This document shows, in pieces, positions 14,324 through 33,409 of a stretch of DNA of 64,000 nucleotides. Position 1 is the stretch's first letter; every line of letters starts with the position of its first letter. The notes beneath the pieces were generated by a model. That model ran no database searches. It was not told where the DNA came from and saw only the letters and a list, made by a program, of their open reading frames with translations. This DNA is from the human T2T-CHM13v2.0 reference genome, Homo sapiens. Location: the NCBI RefSeq assembly GCF_009914755.1, contig NC_060925.1; one strand, given 5' to 3'. The translations under genes were made by a program, and so were the position numbers.

Positions 14324-16133
14324 TACAAAGTATGCATTCAGTATATGGTAACAATTTTTATTACATTTGCAGCTCTAGACTTTGTGTTAAATGCTTTAAG
14401 TATATCATTTCACTTGGTCATTGGTCAACCTAGGAGGATTTTTTTTGTCCCCATTTTACAATTAAGAAATGAGGGTTAGAGAGTTTGCATGACTTGTCCA
14501 GGGTTCCACAACTACAGAAGCAGATTTTACAGAGTATGATTGTTTCTCCTTTTTTTCAATCCTTTGAACAGATAATTATTGTACAGTGTCAATGTTAATT
14601 GAATGCCTATAATGTGCAAAGCATTATAAGTATATAGCAGTAAATATACACACTGTCCTTTAGTTTTAGAGGATAGTCTCACCCTATCTGAATTATAGAA
14701 AGGATCGGGTTGAGTTTGTGCCTTGGATTTATTAGCATCATGCTCCTAACAACTAAGTTAACCAGCCTATCATCTAAATCCTATAGGCACATGAAAAGTA
14801 TTGACAGGAACAAAGTAGTTCTGCAACTAAGTGTAGAACATACAGCTTATTTCCATATAAAATTTAAAGTATATATATACATCTTGTATTTCAACTGCTA
14901 TTTAATTTCTTCTAAAGCATTGAGCTGAACTGTAACATTTCTTTTACATTTAATTCCACTGGTTAAAAAAAATCTTTTTCATATACTATAAAGATATTAT
15001 CTCTGCTCTTTCTGACATGGTGTCAACTTATATATGTTTCTAGCAAGTATGAACAACACAATTAGAAGTGACAATGGGAATGGAAGAAAAAGTAGGCCGT
15101 TGCTACATTATTTTCCTAGGAAATCTGCAGGAAAATCTAATGCTGTGTTTTACTGTTTACCTTTAGGTGACATTCTCCAAGTGTCTTTATATGTTATGGA
15201 GTGCCTTTTACAATACTCCAATCACAAGGAGTGTAAAAAATGATTATATGGAGAATAGTTAATATGAACCTCTTCATGACCAATGTTGTCTCGTGTGCAG
15301 ATCAGGAAATTCCTTACAAGTAATGTATAATAATCCCTGAGAAACATAAACAGCCTCTGAACTTATCTTCTTAACAACTAGATATTTTGTCCAAGAAGAT
15401 TTAATAATGTCAGGACACATCCCAAATGAGATTTCACAGGCTTTCACAGGCAGGGGGAGAGGTTCTACTCTCCTACACTGCCTCATCTATGCTTTTCATG
15501 TCAATTTTGATAGAAGGGTCTGAGAGAAGAACCTATAAAATCAACCTACAGAAAACACAAGTGGTCCCTGATTTCATAATGATGAGATTTTTACTTATAT
15601 TGAAGCCATATGTGGGGAAGCTAATGAACAACTGAGAATACTTTGTTCCTTGTCTTGATAGCTTAGTCTTAGATATCTGAGAGTTGTAAAAAAATGGACA
15701 GATTTGTAGTCAGATAGACTCAGCTTTGTTCTATCTAGGTGAGAGATATTGGATATATTATGTAACTTCTCGAAGCCTATTTGTCATTGTAAAGTGAGAA
15801 TAATAAAACCTAGTAGGGTTATGGAATAAAGATAAATATAGGGCCCAGTTCATAGTAGATTCACAATACAAAGTAGTCCCTTTCCTCTTTAATTCTCTAA
15901 GAAAATATTTATTTAATATAATGTATTTCAAGAAAAATGCCCTTCTTAGAAATATAACCTAAGCATCACTAGACTTCACTAGTTTGGGAATACAAATATT
16001 AAATAACTCGTATTTCCACATTTATATAATGCAGCAATTTCTGGGCACCACTGGGGGTATGTCTTGTGCTGCTTCTCTTGTCGTTTTCCTCCAGTCGTCT
16101 TGTTGATATCTGCTGCTCAGGAAGGTCAACTTG

Positions 16134-16191
16134 GGGACAGTGCCTTGCCTCAGCCTCTTTTGAGGGACAGTGCCTTGCCTTTGCCTCTTTT
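16134..16191. repeat. Tandem duplication of a 30-bp unit
   Basis: gggacagtgccttgcct(ca/tt)gcctctttt at 16134 and 16164. Confidence 0.85.
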
Positions 16192-16656
16192 TCTTCTCTG
16201 GGAACCCGAGATTCCCAAATGGTAATCTCATGGAGCAACCAAATGACATAAACTTCTGTTAAGATTTCAGTGCACCAGGAACACGCTGTATCTCTGTGGA
16301 AATGCCCTCTCCCCCAATTCTGTTTCTTGCTTTGTCATCTGAACCACAAACTGTACTTCTTTTGCCTCCCTATGAAAATGGCTTCTGCCAGTAGCATTTT
16401 CTCCAGTCATCCACAGGTGAAGACAAGGAAATTCTCTATCCTGAGGCCCCCTTTTCCACATAATCCCACCCCAATGCAAACTATTTCCTGCAAACAGATA
16501 CCTTCAGACTGTTTCCCCCTTCATCATAACGACCCAGACTTAGAAATCCAGTTTAGGCTCAGTTGAAACATTCTCTACTATAAAAACTACCGTATGGGCT
16601 CATTTCTCATCCACTAGGGGTCTGCCTTCTAAATCAAAAGCAAGTAGAAGACAGAG

Positions 16657-16902
16657 TAAAATGTGTAATATAAATTTATTCTGTGACATTTTCCTCATTG
16701 AAGATATTTTAACATAGATTAAAATACATCAATATTTCATGAAAAATAAATTCTAGAAGAATTTAGATAATATCTGTAATGTACATGATTTGACCCTGAA
16801 TATCCTTTTTTTTTTCACTTCAAACATCATTTTTTAAAAAGTAACATAAAATGATAAGGACTGCAACATTCTTCATATATCTTGTGTCTCATAAATTTTA
16901 AT
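16657..16902 (-). other. OMA1: OMA1 3'UTR (approx. 245 nt, AU-rich)
   Basis: Lies between the stop codon and the inferred cleavage site about 20 nt past AATAAA; end position approximate. Confidence 0.75.
16675..16680 (-). promoter_or_regulatory. OMA1 polyadenylation signal AATAAA
   Basis: Plus-strand tttatt; followed on the minus strand by a U/GU-rich element ttttactctgtcttctacttgcttttg. Confidence 0.8.
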
Positions 16903-17112
16903 TCAACTGCCCGTTCTTTTCTCAACTATGTATGTTAATGGTATTTGCTCCTGTTTTTGAATAGGAAGAGTATCCATTTTCTGTTTCTTCGTGATATTTA
17001 GGTCTTCTTTCTCTGATTCTTCAAGAAAATGCTTCGTGCTGAGTTTGAATAGTAATCGAGGGTCTGGATTAGACAGTGGTGGACAATTACACATCTCTCT
17101 AATTTTGAGAGC
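16903..17112 (-). CDS. OMA1: OMA1 terminal coding exon, [69 protein letters not shown]
   Basis: Acceptor tttctttatag|GCT at 17112; 210 nt to TGA at 16905-16903; contains ORF-track entry 16903..17094. Confidence 0.96.
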   Translation of the reverse strand, partial: ALKIREMCNCPPLSNPDPRLLFKLSTKHFLEESEKEDLNITKKQKMDTLPIQKQEQIPLTYIVEKRTGS

Positions 17113-17571
17113 CTATAAAGAAATAATAAAATAAAAAAATACTATATATATACATCAATGTATTCAGATTGTTTCAGTAATCCCTAATATGCTCCATGTA
17201 AAACAAAGAATGTATTGTTATTTTTTTAATAAAAGGTATCTTGATTATAACACATAAAAGAGAACCACTGAAAAATCTACAGTGAACAGTTGTTTTCATG
17301 ATTTGGTCAAATAGTATTATTTTAAAAACAACAACAATAGTATTAATAATCTGTAACAACTGCCCTAATGCTGTTTTGAGGGTAAACAAATCTTAGAGAT
17401 ACATCTATGGTTTCAGTTAAACTCTAGCAGACCGGAGAATCATTCAGATTTAAAAAGGCTCTATGAGAGATTTTTTTCAAGAAAAACTGCAGAACATAGA
17501 TGACTGAATATACTGAAAAAAGATATACATAACTGATACAGTCTTGGGTAAAATTGATGATAATAACCTAG

Positions 17572-17922
17572 TGATATGGTTTGCATATGTCTCCACCCAA
17601 ATCTCATCTTGAATTGCAGTTCCCATAATTCCCACATGTCATGGGAGGTAACTGAATCATGGAGGTGGGTGTTTCCCGTGCTGTTCTCATGATAGTGATT
17701 AAGTCTCACGAGATCTGATGGTTTTATAAAGGGCAGTTCCCCCTGCATATGCTCTCTTGACTGCCGCCATGTAAGACATGACTTTTCTCCTCATTCGCCT
17801 TCCACCATGATTGTGAGGCCATCCTCAGCCATATGGAACTGTAAGTCAATTAAACCTCTTTCCTTCATAAATTACCTAGTCTCAGGTATGTTTCATTAGC
17901 AGCATGAGAATGGACTAATATA
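17572..17922 (+). mobile_element. THE1-family MaLR solo LTR (THE1B-like)
   Basis: tgatatggtttg...ggactaatata; TSD cctag/cttag. Confidence 0.9.
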
Positions 17923-20558
17923 CTTAGAAAAGTAAACAAATCAAAATCATGACAATTTTTAACTCCAGGAGAAATAAAACATTGCAAAGGAAGGAAAAGT
18001 AATCACAGTGTACTATGGGGCTCAGCTATGACTAGTGCTTACAGTTTAAAATACCAAATCTTGATGAAACCAAAAAGTACAATTTCATCATACTGAGAAG
18101 GGGAGAGCTGCATGTGTGTGCACATGCACAGGGTGTGACACTGGAAAGAGAGGGCTTACGTCTCATCCTGTAAGGTGGAAAATAATTAAGGCCCAAAATT
18201 GAAGTTAGAATGTAGCAACATAAGCATGTTATTTAGACACAATGGGAAATACTAAAAGAATCGTCCAATAGAATTGGAAATAGTTACCCCTGAAACTGAT
18301 GGCAGGGTTGAGGGACTGGCTGCTGATTTAAGTAACTAGCCTTAGAACTATTTAACTCTTCAAAGTGGGTATATGGATAATTTTAAGATATAAGAGCCAA
18401 AATAATTTTTAAGGATAAATGGTCTTAATATTTAGGAGTTTTAAAAGAAAGACATTTAGGGGAAAAAGCTAATTCAGTTTTTTACGACTTCTGGCTTTCT
18501 GATACTGATGTGTCTTAAGGGAAGTAAATAAGGCAGTAAAGGAGACAGTGTTTGAGGGACTGGTAAAATCTTAGAAAGACTATCCAGGCAAGGCCTCACT
18601 GATAGGATAATGACTTTGGGGGTCAAGAGGGGGACAGACCTGAAGGACATGAGGAAAGAGACCATGTGGCAACCTAGGGAAAAATCATTCCAAGAGGGAG
18701 CTGCGAGTACAAGGGAGATGGGAGCGTGCCTGGGGTGTTTTGGAACAGTGAAGAAGCAGGTACAGCCGAGTGGAGCAGGGTGGAGGGCAGGAGCAGATTA
18801 TGTAGGACCTCACAGGTCATGCTAAGGATTTTAAGTTTTACTCTAAACAGCCTGCCTCTAATATTTGTGGGGTCCATGGAAAGAATGAAAATGGAGGCCC
18901 AGATACCATGTCTCTAAACACCTAAAAGCAGTAAGTCAAGCTAATACACTACTACTTAAAATCTGTTCTATTCTCCTACTTTGAAGAATACACATTCGAA
19001 ATTACCTGGAAGTCCAGGTACAAAACTAGAATTCTTGAATTTCAGAACATGTAAGATTGCAGGGAGCTTACTGTGTAGCTCTTGCCACTAGCCTGCCATC
19101 TGCCCCCTCTCCCAGCCCTAGCTTATCTGGCACTGTAAAGGGCCTTGTGTGAATGTGTTCAAGGAAGAGGTCCAGATGGGCCCTGAAAGCAGGCTCAAAC
19201 ATATCTGGGCAAGGAATTCCATTATTCCAGATACCCTGAGTGGGGTATGGTAGGGGCACAGGTTCTTGTATGCTAACATTTCATTGAGTCCCACAGGAGA
19301 GAGGGACTTGTAGTCAGATGCGAGCCAGATAGACGTTCTCTAAGTGAATGGGGTCAGGGCAGAAGCTTGGGTCTAGGAGCACTTCTAGCTCTGATTAGGC
19401 TCTGAGTTACCAAGGTAAGCTGGAGAGTTGAAAAAACATTACTTAACGTGAAATTCTTCAGTGGCAGTGGTCTTGTCTTATTTTTCTTTGTATTTCACAG
19501 CAGATTTAAGATTTCCTTATATCTAGTGAGTGTTAAGTAAATGTTTAAGTAAACTGAATTGACACAACAAGAAAATGTTTCCCAACTATAGCACTTACAG
19601 CACTTAAGTAAACAGAAAGTCAGATCCTCAGCTAAACGGTGACCTACTGTCCAAACTGGGATACCTTTGAGAATGAAATGAGATGCTAGCAAGATTTGCA
19701 CTGAGACATCAGGCATGAGCCATGACTGTCTCTGCAAAATTGGGACGTACGGTCACTCTTGCATTAGTTCCTTTACAATGATGTTAATTTTCTTTCCCAA
19801 GTGAGAAGTTTACCTGTCATGGCTGCTATATCAGTGTAGTGCCTATGTTTAAGCACTGCACTGGCATCAGTAAAGGGGGAGAGTATGGAGTCCAGCAGGT
19901 AACAACTGGCACAGCTGAGTGTGGCAATGAGAGATGCAAAGCAACAAAGAGAGGAATAGGATGCCATCCCCTAAGATCTTTGTGTATTCAGTAAAAACTC
20001 TTCTCTTATCCTTAAATTCGCTTATTCAGTCTTTTTAATACAACAAATATTTAGAACACCACAGTGAGTAAGGTGCTAGGTACACATTGGTCAGAATAGT
20101 CATGGTCCCTGCCCTCATGTAATTTACTTTGTATTTCTCCGTTACTGGGCATTAGAATTGTTCCCACAGTTGTGTCTATTTGGCTTTTATAAATTACCCT
20201 GCTATAAAAACTTTTCTTTAAAAAAATCTTTTCTCACCTCCATTTGGAGATATGTGAAGTCTAACACCCAAAATAGAATGATCTGATCAAAGAGTAAGCA
20301 CAGGTAGATTATACTTTTTGTTATATAGGACCAAACTGCTTTCTACCAGAAAGGCTTTATCAACCTTTAATGTCACCAGTAATACAGGCATACTTGAGTT
20401 ATTCACAGTTATTCACATAACATTTCATGACTTTTATATAGATAATTACATAATTTCAAACCTCAGAATCCTTAGAAAATATCAGCTCAATTTTACAGAT
20501 GAGGAAACTGAGTCTCAGAGAAGTTAAATGCCGGGCAAGGAACAAAAAGCTGGCTTGG

Positions 20559-21165
20559 TAAATGTTTTTAACAGCTTTATTTGCTAAAACTTGGAAATAA
20601 CCAAGATTTCCTTCGATAGGTGAATGGATAAACTGTGGGATATCCAGACAAAAGAATATTATTCAGATCTAAGAAGAAATTAGCTATCAAGCCATGAAAA
20701 GATATGAGGAACCTTAAACGTATATTGCTAAGAGAAAAAAGCCAATCTGAAAAGGCTACATGATTCCAACTATATGATATTCTGGAAAAGGCACAACTAT
20801 GGAGACAGTAAAAAGATCAGTGGTTGCCAGGGGCTAGGGGGAGGGAGGAATGAGTAGGCACAGAGTGTATTTTTATGGCAGTGAAACTACTCTGCATGAT
20901 GCTATAATGGTGGATACATGTCATTATACATTTGTCAAAATGCACTGAATGTACAGCACCAAGAGTGAACCCTAATGGACTTTGGGTGATAATGATGGGT
21001 CAACATAGGTTCATCAATTGTAACTAATATTATCACTCTGGCATGGGATTTTGATGGTATGGGAGGCTGTGAGTATGCGGGGACAGATGTATAAGGGAAA
21101 TCTCTATACCTTCTACTCAATTAAAAGTTGAAGCTTTAGAGTCTAAAAATAAAAGAGTCTACTAC

Positions 21166-21194
<29 letters not shown>
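20559..21194 (+). mobile_element. L1MC/L1MB 3' end with A28 tail, inserted in a MIR
   Basis: L1M 3'UTR (aagccaatctgaaaaggctac...gggaaatctctatacc); TSD aaaagctggc(t/c)tgg. Confidence 0.85.
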
Positions 21195-21197
<3 letters not shown>

Positions 21198-24100
21198 GGC
21201 CTGGAAGTAAAAAAGCTGGGTTTAGAACCTGTTTTGTTTCTACCGCTTTTGCTCTACATGCTTTTTGTGCTCATGCTTTTTTGTATCACATGATATTTCT
21301 TGAGTAAATTTTTTACTGAATAAATGTACTTTGGAGATGTCTGAGCTAGGTTTCTTTAATTGCTAGAAACACTATATGTTCTTCATACAGGTTTTCTATC
21401 ACTACTTCTTCATGTGTGAACTGTTTCTCCTCCCCAAATATCTATCAAGCAGAATCCTGTTATGACCATACATATTTCTATCAAATCTTCATCTACTTTG
21501 CATAGTAAGATTCTATTGGATGTCTTGGTAACTTATTTTTTCTTTTTTCCTTTCCTTTCCATATTCATTTTATATATTTCAGGGCGCCAATGTCTTTTTA
21601 TTTTTATAAATTCTAATCTATCTTATTAAATATATCTTCATCTCTTCAAAAGTGAGCAAAATTTTCCTACCATATAGCTAGAATATGTCTTTCCACTTCC
21701 TTTACTTTGTTTTCTGTGTTTAACTCCACGCACTGCACATAACAGGCACTTAACAAACGCATGCTAAATTTTAAACAAACATTTATAGAACACCAGCTAT
21801 GAATAAATCATTATGATAAATGTCATAGAGAAAATACTCTTAGGAGTTTATGGTTTAAGAAAAAGCAGGAATGTATTTTAATAGCAAGAATATATGGTTC
21901 TGAGAATCCTGAGGAAGATTTGAAGTTAAATATAGAATTAGCCAGCCTAAAGACTACAACTATGAGTGAAAGAAACTAACATCTACTGTTCACTTTCTAT
22001 GTGCCTTTCACTGCGTGAGGTATTTTACACATCTAAATTGACATTGGAATTTGAACCACTTTTGAAATCTTGGGCCTGACATAAAATACTTATCATTAAA
22101 ATGTCTATGCCAAAGAGAGGGGGACAAGGCAAAGAAGACAGCAGGACCTTACCTACAGAAATGCACAAGTATGTACATCCAACATCTAGGAGATATTGCT
22201 ATCCTGATTTCACATATGAAGAAAACTAAAGGTTGGATTAGGTAACTTTCTCCAAGTTACATGGCTGAGTCAGAATTAAAACCGAAGACTCCTAAGACCA
22301 CTGTTATCTTTATATTACTATTTCCTGCGACCATCTTTCTCCCGTTACCAACTATTAATGTCCTACATGCTAAATTTCTATAAGGGAGTGGAAGGACTGT
22401 TCAATTCTACTGCCAATTTTTCTATTTTTCACCCACTATTATATTGCTTATCCTGCCTATTATTACACATCATGCAATCATTTAACAAATATTCACTAAT
22501 CATCTCAACTTCTCATAGGTACTATGGATACAGCAGTGTACAAAGGCCTTACACACTAGGGTAAAAGCCAATAAACAAATAAGGTAATTTTAGTTAAGTA
22601 CATGAAGAAACTAAAGAGTGAGGTGTGTTGGACGGACAATGAGTACATGGAAGGGAAGCGATTTAAGATTATGGGATCAGAGAAAGCCTCCCCAGGACAG
22701 TGACATTTGCCTAAAGAACTGAGGGAAGAATGTTTCAGACAGAGAAATCAGCAAGTAGAAGAGCTGTAAGGAGGACACTAGCTTAATGGGGGACATACCC
22801 TGGTCTTGTATGTTTCCTAAACCAAGGAAAGCCTAAGGAAAGGGGCATGTGGTGAAGTTGGAGAGCTAGGCAGTGGCCAAATTACGTGCCTGGAAGACAT
22901 AGGAAGAGTCTGGATTTTTATTCTAAGTTAGATGAGAAGCCACTAGAGGGTTTTAACCAAGGAAAGGACATTACAATGATCACTCTGGCTACATATTGAA
23001 AATAGGTTGTTAGGAGTTGAGGTGAAACGTGACATCGTGAGGTGAAAAGTGACAACAGGAAATGACTGCGGTAACTTGGGAGGAGATGATGGTGACTTTT
23101 ACTAGGAAAGGAGCAGTGGCGAAGTTGAGAAGCCCACAGATTCTTAATGTACTTGTTAAAGCAGTCAAGATTTTTTCATGAATAGGACACAGAAGTGAAG
23201 GAAAGAGGAACTGAAGATGAGTCCTAAATTTCCTCTTCTGTTTTAATAGCTTTTCTTTTATGATGCTGCTCATGCATTTGAGGATAATTAACTTGCTCAC
23301 AGTAAATAATTACTGTAATATAATATCGTATTGTCAATTAATGACCCCAGTCCATAAATTCTTTTAAAGTTATTGTTTTTATCAAATTGTCAAAACAAAA
23401 TCATTTATGCTTGTAAAATGAATCAGAAACTTAATAACATACCTTTCTACATTTTGAAGGTAGAACTAATTAGTAACTAGGCAATTGTTCTCTGAACTTC
23501 TGAAAAAATTCTCCAAATTAAATCCCATCAGGGCTAGGCGTCCTTTTCTTTGCTAATTTATTATGACTCTATGGGTTCTAATAGTTTTTTAAATTTGATT
23601 TATTTATACCTTACTTCTTTCTAAAGTAATTTAGTAATTTGTAATTTGTAAATTAGTAATTTGAGAAGCTTCATTCTAGCTATAATTTCTACTCCTAGCT
23701 GCATCCACTCTAGCAATTCCCCTCCCCCCTCAACACACATATACTTTAATTACTTCTGATTTTGACCTGAGCTATTAATTAACATTATCTAACTAAAAAT
23801 AACATTCTCCCAAATATTTCAGTTTTCTTGCATGTTACCGTACCTCTTCTCCTGATCCTATTTACATTTTACTTTGTCTAACTAATCTAATGATTATGAC
23901 TTTGACTAAATTTCCCAAAGAATCAACTACTGTCATTTTGCTTATTTCTGCTTAATTTTATTAATTATATTTTCCCTATTTGAGACATTTATAGTTCTAT
24001 ATTTCTTTTCTCTTTTTCTAATATAGACATTTAAACTGATAAAGTTTTCTTTAAATACAGATTTAGTAAAAACTCATGAAAATATAACTACATCATTATA

Positions 24101-24254
24101 AAGTTCATTGATTACAAGCCATCCTCTTATTGTTTATAGATTTCTCTTTTGCTTTACATGTGCGGAATTTTAATTTTCATGTGGTTATCCATCTTTTAAT
24201 TTTTGTTATATTAATTTTACTATACTATGTTCTGATGATTGGAACCATAACTTT

Positions 24255-24812
24255 GTTTTATTTATTTATTTATTATTTCAATAGGTTTTTGGGGAACAGG
24301 CAGTGTTCAGTTACGTGAAAAAGTTCTTAAATGGTGACTTCTGAGATTCTGGTACACCCATCACTCAAGCAGTGTACACTGTACCCAATGTGTAGTCTTT
24401 TTTTTTGAGACAGAGTTTCACTCTTGTAGCTCACACTGGAGTGCAATGGCGCGATCTCAGATCACTGCAACCTCTGCCTCCCAGGTTCAAGCAATTCTCC
24501 TGTGTCAGCCTCCTGAGTAGCTGGGATTACAGGCATGAGCCACCATGTCTCGCTAATTTTTGTATTTTTAGTAGAGACAGGGTTTCTCCATGTTGGTCAG
24601 GCTGGTCTTGAACTCCCGACCTCAGGTATCTCCTGCCTCGGCCTCCAAAAGTGCTGGGATTACAGGCGTGAGCCACCACGCCCAGCCCCAGTGTGTAGTC
24701 TTTTACCCTCACCCACTTCTCACTGTTTCCCCTGAGCCCCCAAAGTCCACTGTATACGTCTTATGCCTTTGCATCCTCATAGCTTAGCTCCCACTTATCA
24801 GTGAGAACATAA
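24255..24812 (-). mobile_element. L1PB/old L1PA 3' end split by an Alu
   Basis: ttctgagattctggtacacccatcac...cagtgtacactgtacccaatgtgtagtc...agctcccacttatcagtgagaacat. Confidence 0.8.
24402..24687 (-). mobile_element. AluS (Sp/Sq-like)
   Basis: Reverse dimer; TSD tgtgtagtctttt on both sides. Confidence 0.92.
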
Positions 24813-24864
24813 CATTTTTATATTATGTACAGATATTTTTGTCCAAGTTTTATGATCAATATTT

Positions 24865-25347
24865 TCATGAAAGATGTGTACTTGAAAATATATTCCTGCT
24901 GGAGCCAAGATGGCCAAATAGGAACAGCTCCAGTCTACAGCTCCCAGCGTCAGCGACGCAGAAGACGAACGATTTCTCCATTTCCAACTGAGGTACTGGG
25001 TGCATCTCACTGGGGATTGTTGGCCAGTGGGTGCAGGACAGTCGGTGCAGCGCACCGAGCGTGAGCCGAAGTAGGGCAAGGCATCGTGTCACCCGGGAAG
25101 TGCAACGGGTCAGGGAATTCCCTTTCCTAGCCAAGGAAAGGGGTAACAGACGGCACCTGGAAAATTGGGTCACTCCCACCCTAATACTGCAATTTTCCGA
25201 CGGTCTTAGCAAACGGCACACCAGGAGATTATATCCCACGCCTGGCTCAAAGGGTCCTACGCCCACAGAGCCTCGCTCATTACTAGCACAGCAGTCTGAG
25301 ATCAAACTGCAAGGTGGCAGCGAGGCTGGGGGAGGGGTGCCTGCCAT
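24865..25347 (-). other. L1 ORF0 (antisense ORF), C-terminally extended to 160 codons
   Basis: MAGTPPPASLPPCSLISDCCAS... is the ORF0 N-terminus; part of ORF-track entry 24865..25416. Confidence 0.7.
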
Positions 25348-25922
25348 TGCCGAGGCTTGAGTAGGTAAACAAAGCAGCTGGGAAGCTCGAACTGGGTGGA
25401 GCCCACTGCAGCTCAAGGAGGCCTGCCTGCCTGTGTAGACTCCACCTCTGGGGGCAGGGCATAGCCAAACAAAAGGCAGCAGAAACCTCTGCAGACTTAA
25501 ATGTCCCTGTCTGACAGCTTAGAAGAGAGTAGTGGTTCTCCCAGCATGCAGCTTGAGATCTGAGAACAGACAGACTGCCTCCTCAAGTGGGTCCCTGACC
25601 CCTGAGTAGCCTAACTGGGAGGCACCCCCCAGTAGGGGCAGACTGACACCTCACAGGGCCGGGTACTCCTCTGAGACAAAACTTCCAGAGGAATGATGAG
25701 GCAGCAACATTGGCTGTTCACCAATATCCGCTGTTCTGCAGCCTCCGCTGCTGATATCCAGGCAAACAGGGTCTGGAGTGGTCCTCCAGCAAACTCCAAC
25801 AGACCTGCAGCTGAGGGTCCTGACTGTTAGAAGGAAAACTAACAAACAGAAAGGACATCCACACCAAAACCCCATCTGTACGTCACCATCATCAAAGACC
25901 AAAGGTAGATAAAACCATAAAG

Positions 25923-27262
<1,340 letters not shown>

Positions 27263-27325
27263 AGACCATCAAGGCTAGGAAGAAACTGCATCAACTCACG
27301 AGCAAAATAACCAGCTAACATCATA

Positions 27326-31234
<3,909 letters not shown>

Positions 31235-33409
31235 CATTAGGAGATATACCTAATGTTAAATGACGAGTTAATGGGTGCAGCACACCAACATGGCACATGT
31301 ATATATATGTAACACACCTGCATGTTGTGCACATGTACCCTAAAACTTAAAGTATAATAATAATAATAATACATTCCTTTTTTTAGGATTTAGTTTCTCA
31401 TGCCACTTAAATTTTATTTTTCATATTATTCAGCTGAATTTTTTGGTAGTTCCTTACTTGATCTGTGGTTTTCTAACAATGGCAGGGTGCAAGCTAGTTA
31501 CAATTATATTTAAACAAACAAACTGTATATTTTATCTAATTCCTGATTGTCAGTAGATTCTGGAAAGAGCACTGTTGCAACCAAGAACTTCACTGACATA
31601 TTGTCCTATGTGTTTCATTTGCTAAGGATCTTCCACCATAAAAAAAAAAAAAGTTAGTTTTTGTAGATATCATACCAAAGTGTATTAGTTCCACTGTTTT
31701 TTGTTTTGTTTCTTTCCTCCAAAACTCTTACACTTCCTCCAACAGCAAGAAGTATAAGAACTTAGGAGGAAAGAAATATCTTCCTTATGCTTATGAAAAG
31801 AAAGGTCCAGAGTCATTCTTACTCTTGTATGCCTTTTTACCTAGGTAGCTTGTAAAAGCCTGTCTTTGCAATGAAGATTAAACACTTCATAAGTTTAAAT
31901 ATCTAAGCTTGTCATTTCAGGGCTTCCCATGGATGATACTCTGGGAATCTCCTAAAAACCCATCTTGAGAAATGTTAACTAAATAAAAAAATATGATATA
32001 GAAACCACAATCAAAGAAATGAAGACATGTACAAATGTATCTTTCCCATTGTTATATGCAGCTTGGATTTCCTGGTGCCTTTTCAATATTCTTTCATTTT
32101 TTTAGACTTTTTTTTTTTGGCTTTGGGCATTTTAATTTGGTTGTGCTATGTTCCTCTATCTTCCGCATCAATGAGTCTTTGCTCTGAGGTATCAATTCTG
32201 CTCTTTACAGCCTCCACCGAAAGTTTTACAGCTTCTCTGTTGAATTCACAAGTTTAACAATTTTCTGAAATGGATTTATCTTACATTTGTAAAGTCGTTC
32301 TTTCAGATTCTGTCACTTTCAGTGCAGTTAAATCAACCTTATCATGCCAGCTTCAGGTGGCACTGCTTCTATGTTCTTGCCGCCTTGCCTGTCCTCTCCC
32401 ATAAAGTAACATTTTTAAGTTTGACTTGAGATTTGGTTTTGTTTTTCGTATTTCTGCTCTTTAAAGCTTATCTCACTGGGGAACAATGAGCATTTCAGAG
32501 GCTTTGTTTTGTTGCTATTGCTGAATTTTGTTTACATGAGGGTCCTTGTGGAGTTATTAAAGGCACTTAGACATTCAATAATCTTTTAAATAAGATTATC
32601 CTCATTTTTCCTTTCAACTCTGTTTTTCCAACTCTTGTACACTTACCGTTCTGATTTTTTAAAAGTCTCTCTTACCTACCTCTTAAGTCTATTCCTGAAT
32701 AAGATAAAAGTGTCTGCAACATCTTTTATTCCATTAGGGTTAATTTGGCTGGTCTGAGTTCTAAATAGATTCTACATAGATTTCTCGTGAAGACACATTT
32801 CTCAGGTTGTTTGAAAACTGATTATTTGCAGGGTGGTGCTAAATTATCACCCCACAATCACTTGCTGGCCACAAGGAAGAAAACCACCTTTGCAAACAAA
32901 GAACCAGGCCATCACCATCCAACCCACTGATGGCCTTCAGCATCACCAGATGTGGGGCAGCCAGGTATTAAGAGACTTCCAATGCAAAGCACTATGAAGC
33001 TTAGTTGCATCACCTATAAAATATCCTTCCCAAAATTTAATCTCTATTTACAGGTATATATAGAAACAAGTTAGAAATACCACGAAGAAGCAATCAAGTT
33101 AATCCAGAATCTACAATGTGGGATTATATGTACTCACCAATTCAATGACAAGTTTTAAAACAAACAAAACAAAAGGGAGGGGGGTACTGTCCTAAAGTCA
33201 AAAGGACTTTAGGGACGTAAGGACCAAATGCAATGTGTGGATCATGAAGTATCCTAATTTAAACAGGCCAACTGTAACACTGCTGAGATACAGAAATCTG
33301 ATGTAGACAGAATATTTAATTTTAAGGAATTACTATGAGTTTCCTTAGGCATGATAATGTTATGATTATGGAAGAAAATGATACTACTTTCTGAAATGCA
33401 TACTAAAGT

